DNA of 64,000 bases. Origin: an uncultured virus (IMG/VR IMGVR_UViG_3300030117_007285) (lineage: Duplodnaviria; Heunggongvirae; Uroviricota; Caudoviricetes). Position 1 is the stretch's first letter. Every line of letters starts with the position of its first letter. Of this stretch, positions 1 through 12,700 are shown one piece after another. A program made the position numbers and the translations under genes. The stretch lies in IMG/VR virus record IMGVR_UViG_3300030117_007285, positions 1 through 64,000 of that record; one strand, given 5' to 3'. Under the pieces are notes generated by a model. That model was not told the DNA's origin, searched no databases, and saw only the letters and a list, made by a program, of their open reading frames with translations.

Positions 1-48
1 AATATTAGATGCGGCTGACTAAATCCTCAAAAAGAAAGTAATTATATT

Positions 49-459
49 ATGTCTGGAATTACATTAAAAATACCGGTTACTCCATCACCACAAGATGGCT
101 TTTATGCTTTAACAAAAAATATAAGAGAAAACACCAAACAAGCAATAAAAATGATTGTACTTACAGCTCCTGGTGAAAGAATTATGAATCCATCTTTTGG
201 AGTCGGCGTTAAACAATATCTTTTTGAGCAATTTTCTGATAGTCTTTATAGAACAGTTAAAGGTAAAATATTAGAGCAAGTAAAACAACATATACCTTAT
301 GTTAATATTATTGATGTCAATTTTTTTGACACCAATAAAGATATTATTGAAAGAGCAGATGCCGAAGCAAATGTTTTGGCTATTGAAATTAAATATGCGA
401 TAACAAATTTAAATGTTTTTGATAGCCTATTTATAGAAAACATCCCAACAGGAATTTAA
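49..459 (+). CDS. Baseplate wedge subunit, T4 gp25/GPW-like
   Basis: 136 aa with the LTAPGERIMNPSFGVGVKQYLFE motif typical of the gp25 family; directly upstream of a gp6-like gene. Confidence 0.9.
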   Translation: MSGITLKIPVTPSPQDGFYALTKNIRENTKQAIKMIVLTAPGERIMNPSFGVGVKQYLFEQFSDSLYRTVKGKILEQVKQHIPYVNIIDVNFFDTNKDIIERADAEANVLAIEIKYAITNLNVFDSLFIENIPTGI

Positions 460-462
460 TAT

Positions 463-2262
463 ATGGCAATAAAATCTAAAAAACCATCAATAAATTATAC
501 AAGCAGAGATTTTAATAGTATTCGTGACGATTTAGTTTCATACGCTAAAAGATATTATCCAGATAAAATAAAGGATTTTTCTCAACCTTCATTTGGTGCA
601 CTGATGTTGGATACAGTGGCGTATGTAGGCGACTTGCTTTCTTTTTATTTAGACTACCAAGCTAACGAATCTTTTCTATCGACTGCAATTGAATATAACA
701 ATATAGTTAAGCTATCTAGAACATTAGGATATAAAATACAAACTAATCCATCTTCTTTTGGTACTCTGACAACTTATATTTTAGTGCCGACTGAAAGTGA
801 TACTGTAGCACCAGATGAAAATTACATGCCAGTATTAAAAAGAGGGAGCACGTTTTCGTCTTCAAATGGCACTCTTTTTACACTAATTGAAGACATTGAT
901 TTTTCTGATCCAAGTTTGGAAAGAGTCGTAGCGCAAACCGATTCTCAGACTGGCGTGCCAATTAAATACGCAGTAAGGGCTTACGGCCAAATTGTTTCTG
1001 GTGAAATAGCTGTTGAAACTATCGATGTCGGAGAATATTCAAAGTTTCCAAGATTCCAATTACAAACTAGAAATGTAGCTGAAGTTTTGTCTATTATTGA
1101 TTCTGAAAACAATAGATACTATGAAGTTGATCATTTAACTCAAGATATCATATACATACCAGTTGTCAATATGGCTGTTAATAGAGACACTGTGAGAAAT
1201 ATTCTCAAACCAGTCTCTGTAAGTCGTAGGTTTACGGTAGAGAAGACAGCATTAGATACTTTTATACAATTTGGCGATGGTACAGATGAAACAGAAATTG
1301 AATATTTAGACCCATCAAATGTTGTTTTAGACACTTTTGCAAAGACTCACACTACAGACGTCTCTTTTGACCCTAGTATTTTAAATAAGTCAGGTAAATT
1401 AGGAGTAGCACCGTCTAACACTTCCCTTTTAGTGACCTTTAGGTTGAATACTGCTGATAATGTTAACGCAGCTGCGAATACTATAACAAATGTCGATAGT
1501 GCAATTCTTTCTTTTAGAAACCCAGAGGCGCTCGCAGTCGCTCAAATAAATGAAATCAGAACGTCTTTAGAGGTTGTAAATGAAGAAGCATTGGTTGGCG
1601 ATGTAAACCTTCCAACTTCAGAAGAAGTTAAAATCAGAGCATATGCAAATTTTGCAACACAAAATAGGGCTGTGACAAAGCAAGATTATATTAGTGTGGT
1701 TTACAACATGCCTTCAAAATTTGGTGCAATAAAAAGAGCTAGTATAAATTTAGATACAAACTCTTACAATCAAAGGAATTTAAATCTGTATGTTATCTCT
1801 GAAAATTTTGACAATAAATTAGTAAAAACCAATATGACTATTAAACAAAATTTAAAAAATTGGCTTAATCAGTATAAGATGATTAATGATACAATAGATA
1901 TACTAGATGCTAAAATAGTAAATTTCGGCATAAAATACACTGTGAAAGGCATGCCAGACGTTAACCAATTTCTAGTCTTGGATGATGCTAATAAAGCAAT
2001 AAGGCAATTTTATGAGGATAGGTTTTTTGAGATTGGTGAACCAATATTAATAACTGATGTTTTTGGTGTTTTAAAAAATGTCGGTACAATTTTAGATGTT
2101 ACCAACGTAGAAATATTTATTAAAACTGGAGATAAATATGCCGATGCTCCATTTAACACAGAGAAATTTTTAAACGCCGATGGTACAATGTTGGTACCGC
2201 CAAATGATTGTATTTTTGAATTAAAATTTCCAACCTCTGATATTTTGGGGACAATTAAGTAA
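463..2262 (+). CDS. Baseplate wedge subunit, T4 gp6/baseplate J-like
   Basis: N-terminal YTSRDFNSIR...AYVGDLLSFYLDYQANESFL, internal FGDG and QNRAVTKQDY motifs characteristic of gp6. Confidence 0.9.
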   Translation: MAIKSKKPSINYTSRDFNSIRDDLVSYAKRYYPDKIKDFSQPSFGALMLDTVAYVGDLLSFYLDYQANESFLSTAIEYNNIVKLSRTLGYKIQTNPSSFGTLTTYILVPTESDTVAPDENYMPVLKRGSTFSSSNGTLFTLIEDIDFSDPSLERVVAQTDSQTGVPIKYAVRAYGQIVSGEIAVETIDVGEYSKFPRFQLQTRNVAEVLSIIDSENNRYYEVDHLTQDIIYIPVVNMAVNRDTVRNILKPVSVSRRFTVEKTALDTFIQFGDGTDETEIEYLDPSNVVLDTFAKTHTTDVSFDPSILNKSGKLGVAPSNTSLLVTFRLNTADNVNAAANTITNVDSAILSFRNPEALAVAQINEIRTSLEVVNEEALVGDVNLPTSEEVKIRAYANFATQNRAVTKQDYISVVYNMPSKFGAIKRASINLDTNSYNQRNLNLYVISENFDNKLVKTNMTIKQNLKNWLNQYKMINDTIDILDAKIVNFGIKYTVKGMPDVNQFLVLDDANKAIRQFYEDRFFEIGEPILITDVFGVLKNVGTILDVTNVEIFIKTGDKYADAPFNTEKFLNADGTMLVPPNDCIFELKFPTSDILGTIK

Positions 2263-3749
2263 TGGCTATTAAAAGATACTACGCTACAAAAGATAACACT
2301 ATAACCAACGCCTTTAAATCAAATTTAACAACTCGGGGTGTTAGCGGTAATATGGGACAGTCTGATATTTTAGAGGTGTTTAGTATTTATGCACAGTCTA
2401 CAACGTCATCTTCCGAATTATCAAGAGTACTTATTGAGTTTGATACAACAGTCGTGAACTCTGATAGAACTAATGGTGTAATACCCGCTTCTGGTAGTGT
2501 AGATTTTTTCTTAAGAATGTATAATGCTCGTCATTCTCAAACCACACCCAGTAATTTTACTATAACAACGACAGCGATATCGCAGTCGTGGAATGAAGGT
2601 CTTGGTTTGGATATGGAAAATTATTCTGATTTAGATGCTTCAAACTGGATATCTGCATCAGATGGAACTCAGTGGGTAGATGATGGCAATAATGCCACAC
2701 CTGGGGGTAGTTATAAAACTGGCTCTGCTTCGTCTCCTGTGGAGTATTTATTTACACAAAATTTTGACACTGGTTTTGAAGATTTAGAAATAAATGTTAG
2801 CCATCTTGTTGAAGATTGGATTAAAGGAGCTGCAGCCGGCGGACTGACAAATAATGGATTTGGAGTGCAATTAACTAGTTCTGATGAAACTGCAACAAAT
2901 TCGTTTTACACTAAAAAGTTTTTTGCTCGTGGCTCAGAATTTTTTCACAAGCGACCGGTTTTGGAGGCTCGTTGGGATAACAGTAAAAAAGATAATCGCG
3001 GAGAGTTTTATTTAAGTTCGTCTCTTGTCCCTGCCTCTGATAATTTAATGAACCTATACCTTTACAATGTCGTTAGAGGTCAACTAACTGATATACCGGC
3101 TGTAGGTAATGGAGATATTTTAGTTAGTATATACAGCGGGTCTACAAGTCCCACAGGAGACAAATTACCGCTTCCATTAGGCGGCGGTGTTGTTTCAGAT
3201 GGAGATGTAAATATCACAGGATCTCATATTGAAACTGGTATATATTCTTGTTCTTTTGCATATAATTCTTCTAGCATAACAACTATTTTTGATGTTTGGC
3301 ATAGTGCAAGTATTGAATATCACACCGGATCAGCAATCGAAGTAGAAAGATTCGATAGCCAGAATTATAATTTTGATCAAAGGTACGTTTCTAAAATAAT
3401 AAATTTAAAAACAAATTACTCAACTCAAGAAGTAGCAAGATTCCGATTATTTGTAAGATCAAAAGATTTTTCACCAAATATATATACGGTTGCCAACAAA
3501 GATATAGAGAACACCATAGTTGATAATATATATTATCAAGTCAAGAGATCTAGTGATGGTCTTTCGATTATAGAATATGGCACGGGTTCTTTAAATCACA
3601 CTAGACTTTCTTATGATGTTAGCGGTAGTTATTTTGATTTAGATATTGGAATGCTGGAGGTAGATAATTCCTACCAAATTAAATTTGTGTATCTAATTAA
3701 TGGTAGCTACGTTGAACAACCAGAAACGTTTAGGTTTAATGTCGTATGA
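2262..3749 (+). CDS. Putative baseplate-associated virion protein with a DNRLRE-like beta-sandwich domain
   Basis: SRVLIEFD / ISQSWNEG / NW..W...PGG / RPVLEARW pattern; coupled to gp6-like gene by TAATG overlap. Confidence 0.55.
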   Translation: MAIKRYYATKDNTITNAFKSNLTTRGVSGNMGQSDILEVFSIYAQSTTSSSELSRVLIEFDTTVVNSDRTNGVIPASGSVDFFLRMYNARHSQTTPSNFTITTTAISQSWNEGLGLDMENYSDLDASNWISASDGTQWVDDGNNATPGGSYKTGSASSPVEYLFTQNFDTGFEDLEINVSHLVEDWIKGAAAGGLTNNGFGVQLTSSDETATNSFYTKKFFARGSEFFHKRPVLEARWDNSKKDNRGEFYLSSSLVPASDNLMNLYLYNVVRGQLTDIPAVGNGDILVSIYSGSTSPTGDKLPLPLGGGVVSDGDVNITGSHIETGIYSCSFAYNSSSITTIFDVWHSASIEYHTGSAIEVERFDSQNYNFDQRYVSKIINLKTNYSTQEVARFRLFVRSKDFSPNIYTVANKDIENTIVDNIYYQVKRSSDGLSIIEYGTGSLNHTRLSYDVSGSYFDLDIGMLEVDNSYQIKFVYLINGSYVEQPETFRFNVV

Positions 3750-6700
3750 GCTTAAAAGATTTATTTAATAATCAAAATTTAAAATCTGTAACCAGTGCCA
3801 GCTTACAAGATGTTGTAGATGATACTGAATCACTTGGTTATATTGAATCTTATATTAAAGAGCAAAATAAATTCCGAACAAATTTAGATTTTTCCTCTGC
3901 ACAAAACTTCGTACGTTTCGGATCTGCAGAAAAATATTACGTTAATTCAATAGAGAGAATATATAAATCTTATCCTTATGATGGTTCTCGAAAAGAGAAA
4001 GTCGATTTCTTTTTGAGTTCGTCCGACTTAGATATTTTTATTTTTGAAAACGAATACCCCAGAACAAACGGCTATGCTAATTTCATAAGAGCAGCTTCAA
4101 CTAGTGGTGAAGAAGGCAATGATTATTACCCACCCACATCAGATGAATATATTTTAGTAAAAGGTGGTCCGAATACAAGTCAAAGAGCAAAAGATACGGA
4201 GATAATTAATACTTCCGGTGACTACAAAGATGGTTACGCTAATATATATGACTTCGGAAAAAATAGAGAAAACAATTTAAAGATTGGTGGTGTTGATGGT
4301 AATACTGTCGAGTTTTGGTTGAAAAAAGATGCGTTTGTCGAAAATCAAGATTATTTAGAATTTATTATAGACGCCCATGTTACAGGAACAAATTATGGCG
4401 ATGAAAATTATGGCCGTCTCCAAGTTGCTCTAGCAACAACTGGCACTACTGGTAACTCTTCTAATAAAGCAATTCATGTGCATTATGCATCAGGTAGTAG
4501 TAGAATATCAACTTATTTAGGTAGTACTACACTTACAACTGCTTCAATTGCAGATGGAAACTGGCATCATTATGCAGTTCGAATGAAAACAGTTGGAAGC
4601 AATACCGTTTTAGATTTGTTTGTTGATGGCGAACATAATGATACTACATCTACTGCCACAACAATAAATTATGTTTCTGGCAACGTAGTAGCAACAGTTG
4701 GTGCGTTAGCTGCTTCAATAGGTGGTAACGGCGCCAGAGGCTGGGCGCCATTCTCTGGATCATTAGATGAGTTTAGATACTGGAAAGTGTCAAGAGATTC
4801 ACAACAAATTGGTCGTCAATATATTGAACCCATCGGCGCCGGAACAAATACAGATGATGCCAATACTCATCTAGGTGTTTACTTTAAATTCAATGAGGGC
4901 ATAACACAGACCGCATCCATAGATGCAACAGTGTTGGACTACTCTGGTAGAATAAGTAACGGTGTTTGGACTGGATATAATTCCAACTATTCTAGAGAAA
5001 CCGGATCTGCTTTTGTAGAATCTGGCAAAGCGGCTTTTGAATTTAAGGATCCTATTCTTTACAGTTTTCATCCAGATGTCGCTGCTTTGATATCTAGTAA
5101 GACATTAATTGGTCGTGAATACGATTACACAAATCCAAATTCAATGTATAAAAGCATTCCGAGTTGGATCACAGATCAAGAGCATGGCAAAGAAAACCCA
5201 GCCTTGGAGAATTTAACACAAATTTTATCTAGCTATTTTGACACTTTACACTCTCAAATCGAGAATCTTTCTACCCTTAAGCATGTGTCTTATATTAGCG
5301 GAACTGCCGATAAAAATCAAAAACCTTTCTTTTTTAACAACAGAATATTGCAAAGTTACGGCTTTCCCTATATACCAGATTTGTTTAAAGATGCATCTTT
5401 CATGGAATATTTTAGAAATAGAGATGATAGAATTCTTTATGAACAAAAACTCTATGATATTAAAAATACAATTTATAATAACATTTACAATAATTTAGCT
5501 TATATAAACAAGTCAAAAGGAACAGAAAAAGCGTTTAGAAATTTCTTTAGATGTTTCGGGTTGGATGAAGAAATACTTAAATTAAGATATTATTCCAATA
5601 ACGGAGAGTTTGAATATACAGACAATGTTAAATCTGTAAGTCAGGTTAAAAAATATGTAAATTTTTCTTTAACAGGATCCTCTGAAGCAACAGTTTACCA
5701 ATACAAAATTGATGATAACAGCACATCGTTTATATCGGGTAGTGACGAACCCACTGACGGGCTGGAGTCAACTGGTTATGGTTTTTCTCTAGAGTGTCAA
5801 ACTGTGTTCCCGATTGTGCCATCACAAGCAGACTATAATACTTTGTTAGCTAATAAAAATTATACTGGTGGTAAAATAATAAATTCTTTTACTAAAGATA
5901 AGCAAACATCAATTTATGGTCTAAGGACTGCCGGCATTACTGAAAATGAAACAACTGTGCCAACAGATGATCGTGCAGGTTTTGTTATAAAGTCTATACG
6001 TGATGATGAATTTGGCGCGCGCTGCAAATTTAAATTAGTCCCAACAAACAATAGTTATTTTCCAGAAATAGAAACACCTTATTTCCAAAATGTTTTTGAT
6101 GAAACAAAATGGAATTTAGCTGTGGTTGTAAAACCAACAACTTATGGTCAAGCAAATTTTGTGAGCGGTAGTGAAGACGATGGCACATATGATGTTGTTT
6201 TTATGGGAACTCGTGTTATACTTGGAGAAACATTAGATAATTTTGAGTTAACATCAACAATTTCAAATACTTTTGGCAAAACGATATTAACTAAACCAAA
6301 AAGAGTTTTTATAGGCGCGGAAAGAGAGAACGTGACCGGATCAATAGTAACCCGCGCATTTTCAAATGTAACAGATTGTAGATTTTGGCTTAAGCCATTG
6401 TCAATGTCAGAAATTAAAAAACACAATACAGATATTTTAAATTATGGAGTTAACGATCCATATGAAAGTGCATATTTATTTCAAGATGATTTAACTGAAG
6501 TCAGAGTTTCTAACATCGATACACTAGCTTTACATTGGAATTTTTTAAACTTAACTTCATCTAACGCCAGTGGGCAATTTAATGTTAATGATTTTTCTAG
6601 TGGATCTGCTAATGACGAAAGATATGGTCCTTTAAGTGGAATATTATCAAAACAACACTCTGCTCGTGGGGATTACTTTATTCCCTCTTTTATCGATACA

Positions 6701-9700
6701 TTTTCTAGGAAAAATGTTTATAATGCAAAAACTGATTTACCTGGATATATTAATTCTAGTGACATGATAAATATCACAAACTTTGATGATATGACATTTA
6801 CTAGAGAAACTCGCCCCATTTCTTATTTTATGACAATTGAAAAGAGTATGTATCAAACAATCAGCGAAGATATGATAAAAATATTTAGCACGATGCAGGA
6901 TTATGGTTCATTAGTTGGTAAGCAATATAGCAAGTACAGAGTGGAAAATAAAGACTTAAAACATTTGAGGCAGTTGTTTTTCCAAAATATTTCTAACACA
7001 CCAAAACTAGAAAAATACGTTGATTACTATAAATGGTTTGACACCAGCTTGAGTGTGTTGATTGAAAATTTAATACCAATAACCGCTTTAAGGGAAGATG
7101 GCAATTCAGTTATTAGGCCAATCGTAGAAGAACATTCTTTTAATAAAGAAAAATATTTATCACAATTTCCAACTTTAGAACTTAAAGCCTCAGATCCCGA
7201 AGGTGTAATAAAATCGATTAACGAACTTTTATACCCATGGAAAGAAGGACACTTTCCGATAGGTACGCCATTCTTTAACCAACAAAGTCTTGCGTTTCCA
7301 GGTGGTGGTGGTGCCTCTTCAACCCACAAAGCAGACATTGGAGATCAAGCTAGTTTAAGCTTTGGTGCTGATGGCACAACTGGCAATGAACCATCTTTTA
7401 GTATATCAGCTTGGATTTACATGTCAGATACGGAAAACTTTGGTATTTTTTCAAAAGCCAGCCTTGCCACCAGAGAATATGAATTAGGAACTCAGGCTTC
7501 TAGTATTTTAGTTTTTAGAATATATGATAATAATTCTAGCCATTACATTGGAAAAACCTCTTCCGGTGTCGCTGCAACAAGAGCCATTGTGGAGGGTCTA
7601 CAAAATAAATGGGCGCATATAGTTGCAACATATGACGGTACCGGCGCCCCGGGTGCTGGTATAAAAATATACATAAATGGCACTGAAGTTACTATGGCTC
7701 AAGATAACGGCGGTACGTACCTCCACATGGAAAACACTTCGGCAAAAGCACAAATTGGACGCAGTAATGATAACGATACAATGGACACAGCCGGTTTTAT
7801 TGATGAGGTTTCTGTGATGACCGTTGCGCTTTCTGCTGAAGAGGTATCAAAATTATATAATGGTGGCAAAACATTCAACTTACAGAAATTTTCTAGATTT
7901 ACTGAGTTTGTGTCTTGGTGGCGATTAGGTGATTCAAAAACAGGCACTTCTCCAAATTTCACATTGCCTGATCTAGTCGGAAGCAATAATGTAACAATGT
8001 CTAATTTTGACGGCACTTCCACTAGTGGAATAGTTGATTTTCACGCTCCAAGTGAATATGATCAAGATGCTTTACAGGACACGAATTGTTTATGGGCAAA
8101 AGAGAGAGCAGAAAAGACATTAGTGCCTAGTAGAGACTCGGCCGTAGACTCAGATCGTCAAGAAATCCTTGATGTTATTAATAATTTAAATAACGCAACT
8201 CCTCCTAATCTAAAGGGTCCAAATGGAACCTATCAAGGTTCCACATACGCATTAAGAAAGTTTGCAAAGCCATTGAACTTAACAGTACAAAAGCAAAAGC
8301 AAATCCACGGCGGTGGCAATGTGCATGAAAATAAAAAAGTAGGATTTTGGGATTCTATCAGAAAACGACCTTCGCCTTCGGCCACTGATGAGGGAGGATT
8401 GATTTCTATTGAACCGCCTGATTCAAATTTAGAACTGTTTAAAGATTGCAACGACAATCTGGAGTTGAATAGGGGCAAAAGAAAATTCAAGTTTTCAGCT
8501 TTTGCAGAAATTGACGGAAATAATCCGGACTCTAGTAATGTTTTCAAAGGTGATCACATTTTCCCGTTTAGTTTGTATAGCTCTTCAGTAACAGGCAATC
8601 CAGCCATGGCCGATTTAGCTAATTTTCAAGCAAACCTTGCGATAACAAATTTACATCATGATACTTATGGTCCATTTAGTGATGTGCCAATGCAGGGTCC
8701 ATTTACGGAAAAATATGTTGGCGGTCGAGCATATCGTCATGTCATGACCAATTTTACACCTGATAACGAACAACCTGAAGGTGAAGGTGAAAGGCTAGAA
8801 GGCTGGAAAATAATTGCAAATGCAAACTTGATAGATTTAGTTAACGTCTCACCACATAATCCAAAGTCTGTTTACTTTAGAGAAGAGTATGCAAAAAGAC
8901 CGGTAAACATTAAAAATATCCAGCAAACAACAGGCGCCTTAGAAATAGACCCAGAAACTTCATTTGCTCAAGGCACCGACGCTCACCGCGTCACAAAAAT
9001 AGGCAACTATACCAGCGATTATGAAATTTTAATGACGGCCGGCCGCTCAACAAATAACCGCTACATGGTAGAGTCTGAAGGTTTATTAGATGTTGGCACT
9101 CTTGACACAGAATATGTTTCAGGGACATTTAACTTTTCTATCCCAAGAAGAGACTTAACTGGTTCAAATAAGTTTATTATTGTGAACCGCTTCTCTTCTC
9201 CGGGTGAACCGGCGACCATGGGCGAGGGTATGTTAGACGTTGCATCGGGAGAGTTCAGTGTGTATAACGCGCTGCCCTTTAGAAATCTACCGGTCAGGCA
9301 AGCATTACAAGAATTATATTCCGATCATACAAATCAATTTGGTTATTTTAGTGATCAGTTTAATTTTGCAGCTTATAGTAACGCCGGCGGACCCACATAT
9401 CCTGGCGGCAGCTCTTCTGTAAACCCCGAAGATTACAGTGGTACAGGCTCTTTTCATAAAGTTAATAGAAATGGTCGTCAATCGATTATATTTAGTGGAT
9501 CTACAGGATATGTCGATGATTCTTATCTACAAGTTGTTAAACATGATAATTTTCACGTACAGCATCAAATACCACAAACAGATGTACAATACTCTTGGAT
9601 TACCTCTAGTCTAATAGAGGATTATACTGGGTCCGCTCGCTATAATTTTGAACAGCCTGATTTTAGCAATTCTAGTTTTGCATCAACTGATATAACTTTT

Positions 9701-12700
9701 GTTAGTGCCTCTGATTCTGGCAGCACCAACATAAAGGTTGACTTTGCAGGATTAAATACTTTGGTATTAGATAATGTTTTTTCTGCATCTAATACACTTT
9801 CAAACACTGAATATTTTAATGATCGCATTGAGAGTTTAGAGGATGTGTTGACAACAAATGCGATTCTTCTCCACCGCGGTGGACCATATGGCGGTTCGAA
9901 CTGGAAACTTTACAGAAAAGACAGTCATCCTATTGTAAGAGCACATAAAAGAGAAAATAGATTAAGCTTCGCTCGACCAATTCAAGCAAAAGATCCGGAT
10001 GGTGCAACCGTAAAGACTTTTGCACTAAGATCAAAAATAGAATCGCCTGTCGTTTCAAAATACGATCCAGTAAGATTTAACGTTTTTATTACAGATCCAA
10101 GACTAGGCGGCAGTCAGAATGTCATATTTCAACAATCTTACATTAACAATTTTGCTAAGTTTTCTACAAAAATACCTGGAGAGTCACAATTAGATTTGAA
10201 CAATAGTCCATTTTTTACAGATGTAGAGGGATACGAAAACATAAAACTTTCCTACAATACATTAAAAGATTTGGTTAATAGAAAAGTAGCAGAAGATGTT
10301 AATCCAATTTCGTTAACAAATAATTTAATCACAAACGAGGTATTTTGGCCGAAACAACAGTATACATATTTGTCAGACCACAGACAAAGAGAACATTATG
10401 CAAATTTCTTTTGGAGAGATGATCCAGCAGTTAGACTAGAATTAGGATCACCGGCGCTCTTCTTTGACTTCCATTCTGGATCGGCAAAAAATATATATAA
10501 ATTTGGTATTAATATTGGTCTGGGTTCTGGATTTCCGGGTGGCACTTTTACACCATATTATCAGCCAGAAAACAGTGGAACATTCTCTGCTAGTATTTGG
10601 CCAATAGATGCTAGAAAAGATTTTCAAACAAATAGCCCGGGCAGAATTAGAAGAGATCCAGACGAAGGTTTAATTGTCGAGCCAGGTAGCGCACCGAACT
10701 TTACGTTCAGGCCTATTATTTCCGCTTCAGATGGATCAGGAATATTACAAAACGCACATGTGCCTTTTAGCAGTTACATATACGTAACACATAGTAACCC
10801 ATCAAGTAATACATTCTTTGAAGGATATCAGCCGGGTGAAGCACGATTACTACCACAGTACAATAGAAGGATCCAAGGGGTTATTTCAGATGATCCAATT
10901 TATGAATATAAATTTGGCGATACTAAGTGGGAAGCTGGAGATCAATCTGGATTATCGCCATTTTATAATACATATGATGAATATTGTGAAGATATTAAAA
11001 GAACCGGAAAAGATTATAGCATAATTCCAGAATTTAGAATATCAGATCATATGGATTTTTATCTTAACAATGCAAAGGACTTTTTGGTTAAACCTCTAGG
11101 AGCTTATGCGATAACCGGTACTGTCGTGGGGCCAAGTGAATCTGATCGTGCTCTCGGCCCCCCAGAGTCCGTAGGCCTACTAACTCCATTTGAGCAACAA
11201 CTTGAAGATCTAAATTTTGAAATAACTTATCTACACTCTGATTTTTTAAACACATTTAATATTGTTGATTCAGATTTTGACACACTTCAAAATACAAAAA
11301 TTACTTTGTCCGCAGATGCACTAATTAAATTTTTACCATATGATGGTTTTTACCCTGTTGACAGATCTGTTCAATTAGCCAAATTATTTCATGAAAGCTA
11401 CGAAAGCAGTTTTGCAATCACCGGTGCCGTCCGTGTTAACCTACAGGATGGTGATTTAGTGCCTGGTGAGACGCTGGATAGCAGAAGAAAAGGCTTTATG
11501 AATCCTGTATTTAAATCTTTGTTTGCACCTGGAATATTATATAATAGTATTAAATCAGGAATTGCTGTAGATTATCCAGTACACACATCGTCAGTAGCAT
11601 TTACAGGTGCGGCAAATCAACGAAATAATTTAGGATACTTAGTGAATATTCCTAGAATCAATAGTAATTTTGAGTATAGAGTTCCATTTGAAGCATTAGC
11701 TGACCCTGTAGGTGGGTTAAGCGGTATCAATGTATTAGACAATGAACCACACCCATCAGCTAGCATTAATTTGACTTCTTCTTTGCAGGCTGGCTCCGGA
11801 AAGCTTAATTATACTTTAGCTATGAATAATTTCTTGGCTTCGACAATTGATTTTTTCAAAGAAGATGGGAAACTAACAACATTAGCTTCAATATCAGATA
11901 CCGACAGTCAGTTCGGAGTTGGATCAAGTCAAGACAAAAGTGGAAAAAAATTCAGCGCATTTATTCCTGGTATAGAATACACCATGAGAATTGTTTGTTA
12001 CAACGGGGTTTTTGACACTTTGCAATCTTTTGTAGAATATTTTGAAAACAGTACAACAGATGCCATATTAAAAGCATCTTATAACAGATCTGTGCCTACG
12101 GTTATAAATTATGCCAGAACTGGTTCAGATACATTTGCTCGATCAGATTACTATGGAAGTTCTTTTGGGCCTCCAGTCTCCTCTGTTGGGACTTTAAATA
12201 ATCTGTTTGCTTCTGTAGACCCCAATCATAGTAGCGCATCTTATGAACCTTTTACGCCACCTTACTATGACGGTTATAGCCACATTGAATTAACTTATAG
12301 GTGCGAAAAGCTTGGAGAAAAAATACCTGATATAGTTGCGCAATTAACACAAAGTTTTGTTAGGTTAAACACATCAGTTGTAGAGGTTGGCAAGTCAGGC
12401 GAGGATAACGCGATGACTTTAGATTCTAGCTTAAATTATTTACAAATCGCCAAGAGTCCAAATCCAAAATTCGGCCCCAATGGTAACGTTTTAGAAGTAG
12501 ACGAAGCGAACAAAGGGAATGTTTTAGTAATTCAGCCTAAATGGGAATGTCCGATATTAGATTTTAGTAATGTACCGGTAACATTACCAAATATCGGCTC
12601 CGGCTCAGTAGCACGCGGAATGTGGCATCAATATGGTTCAATTCCTGACAATGGTAAAGGCGTATATTTGCAAATTCAAGACTTAGATCCATCCGAATTA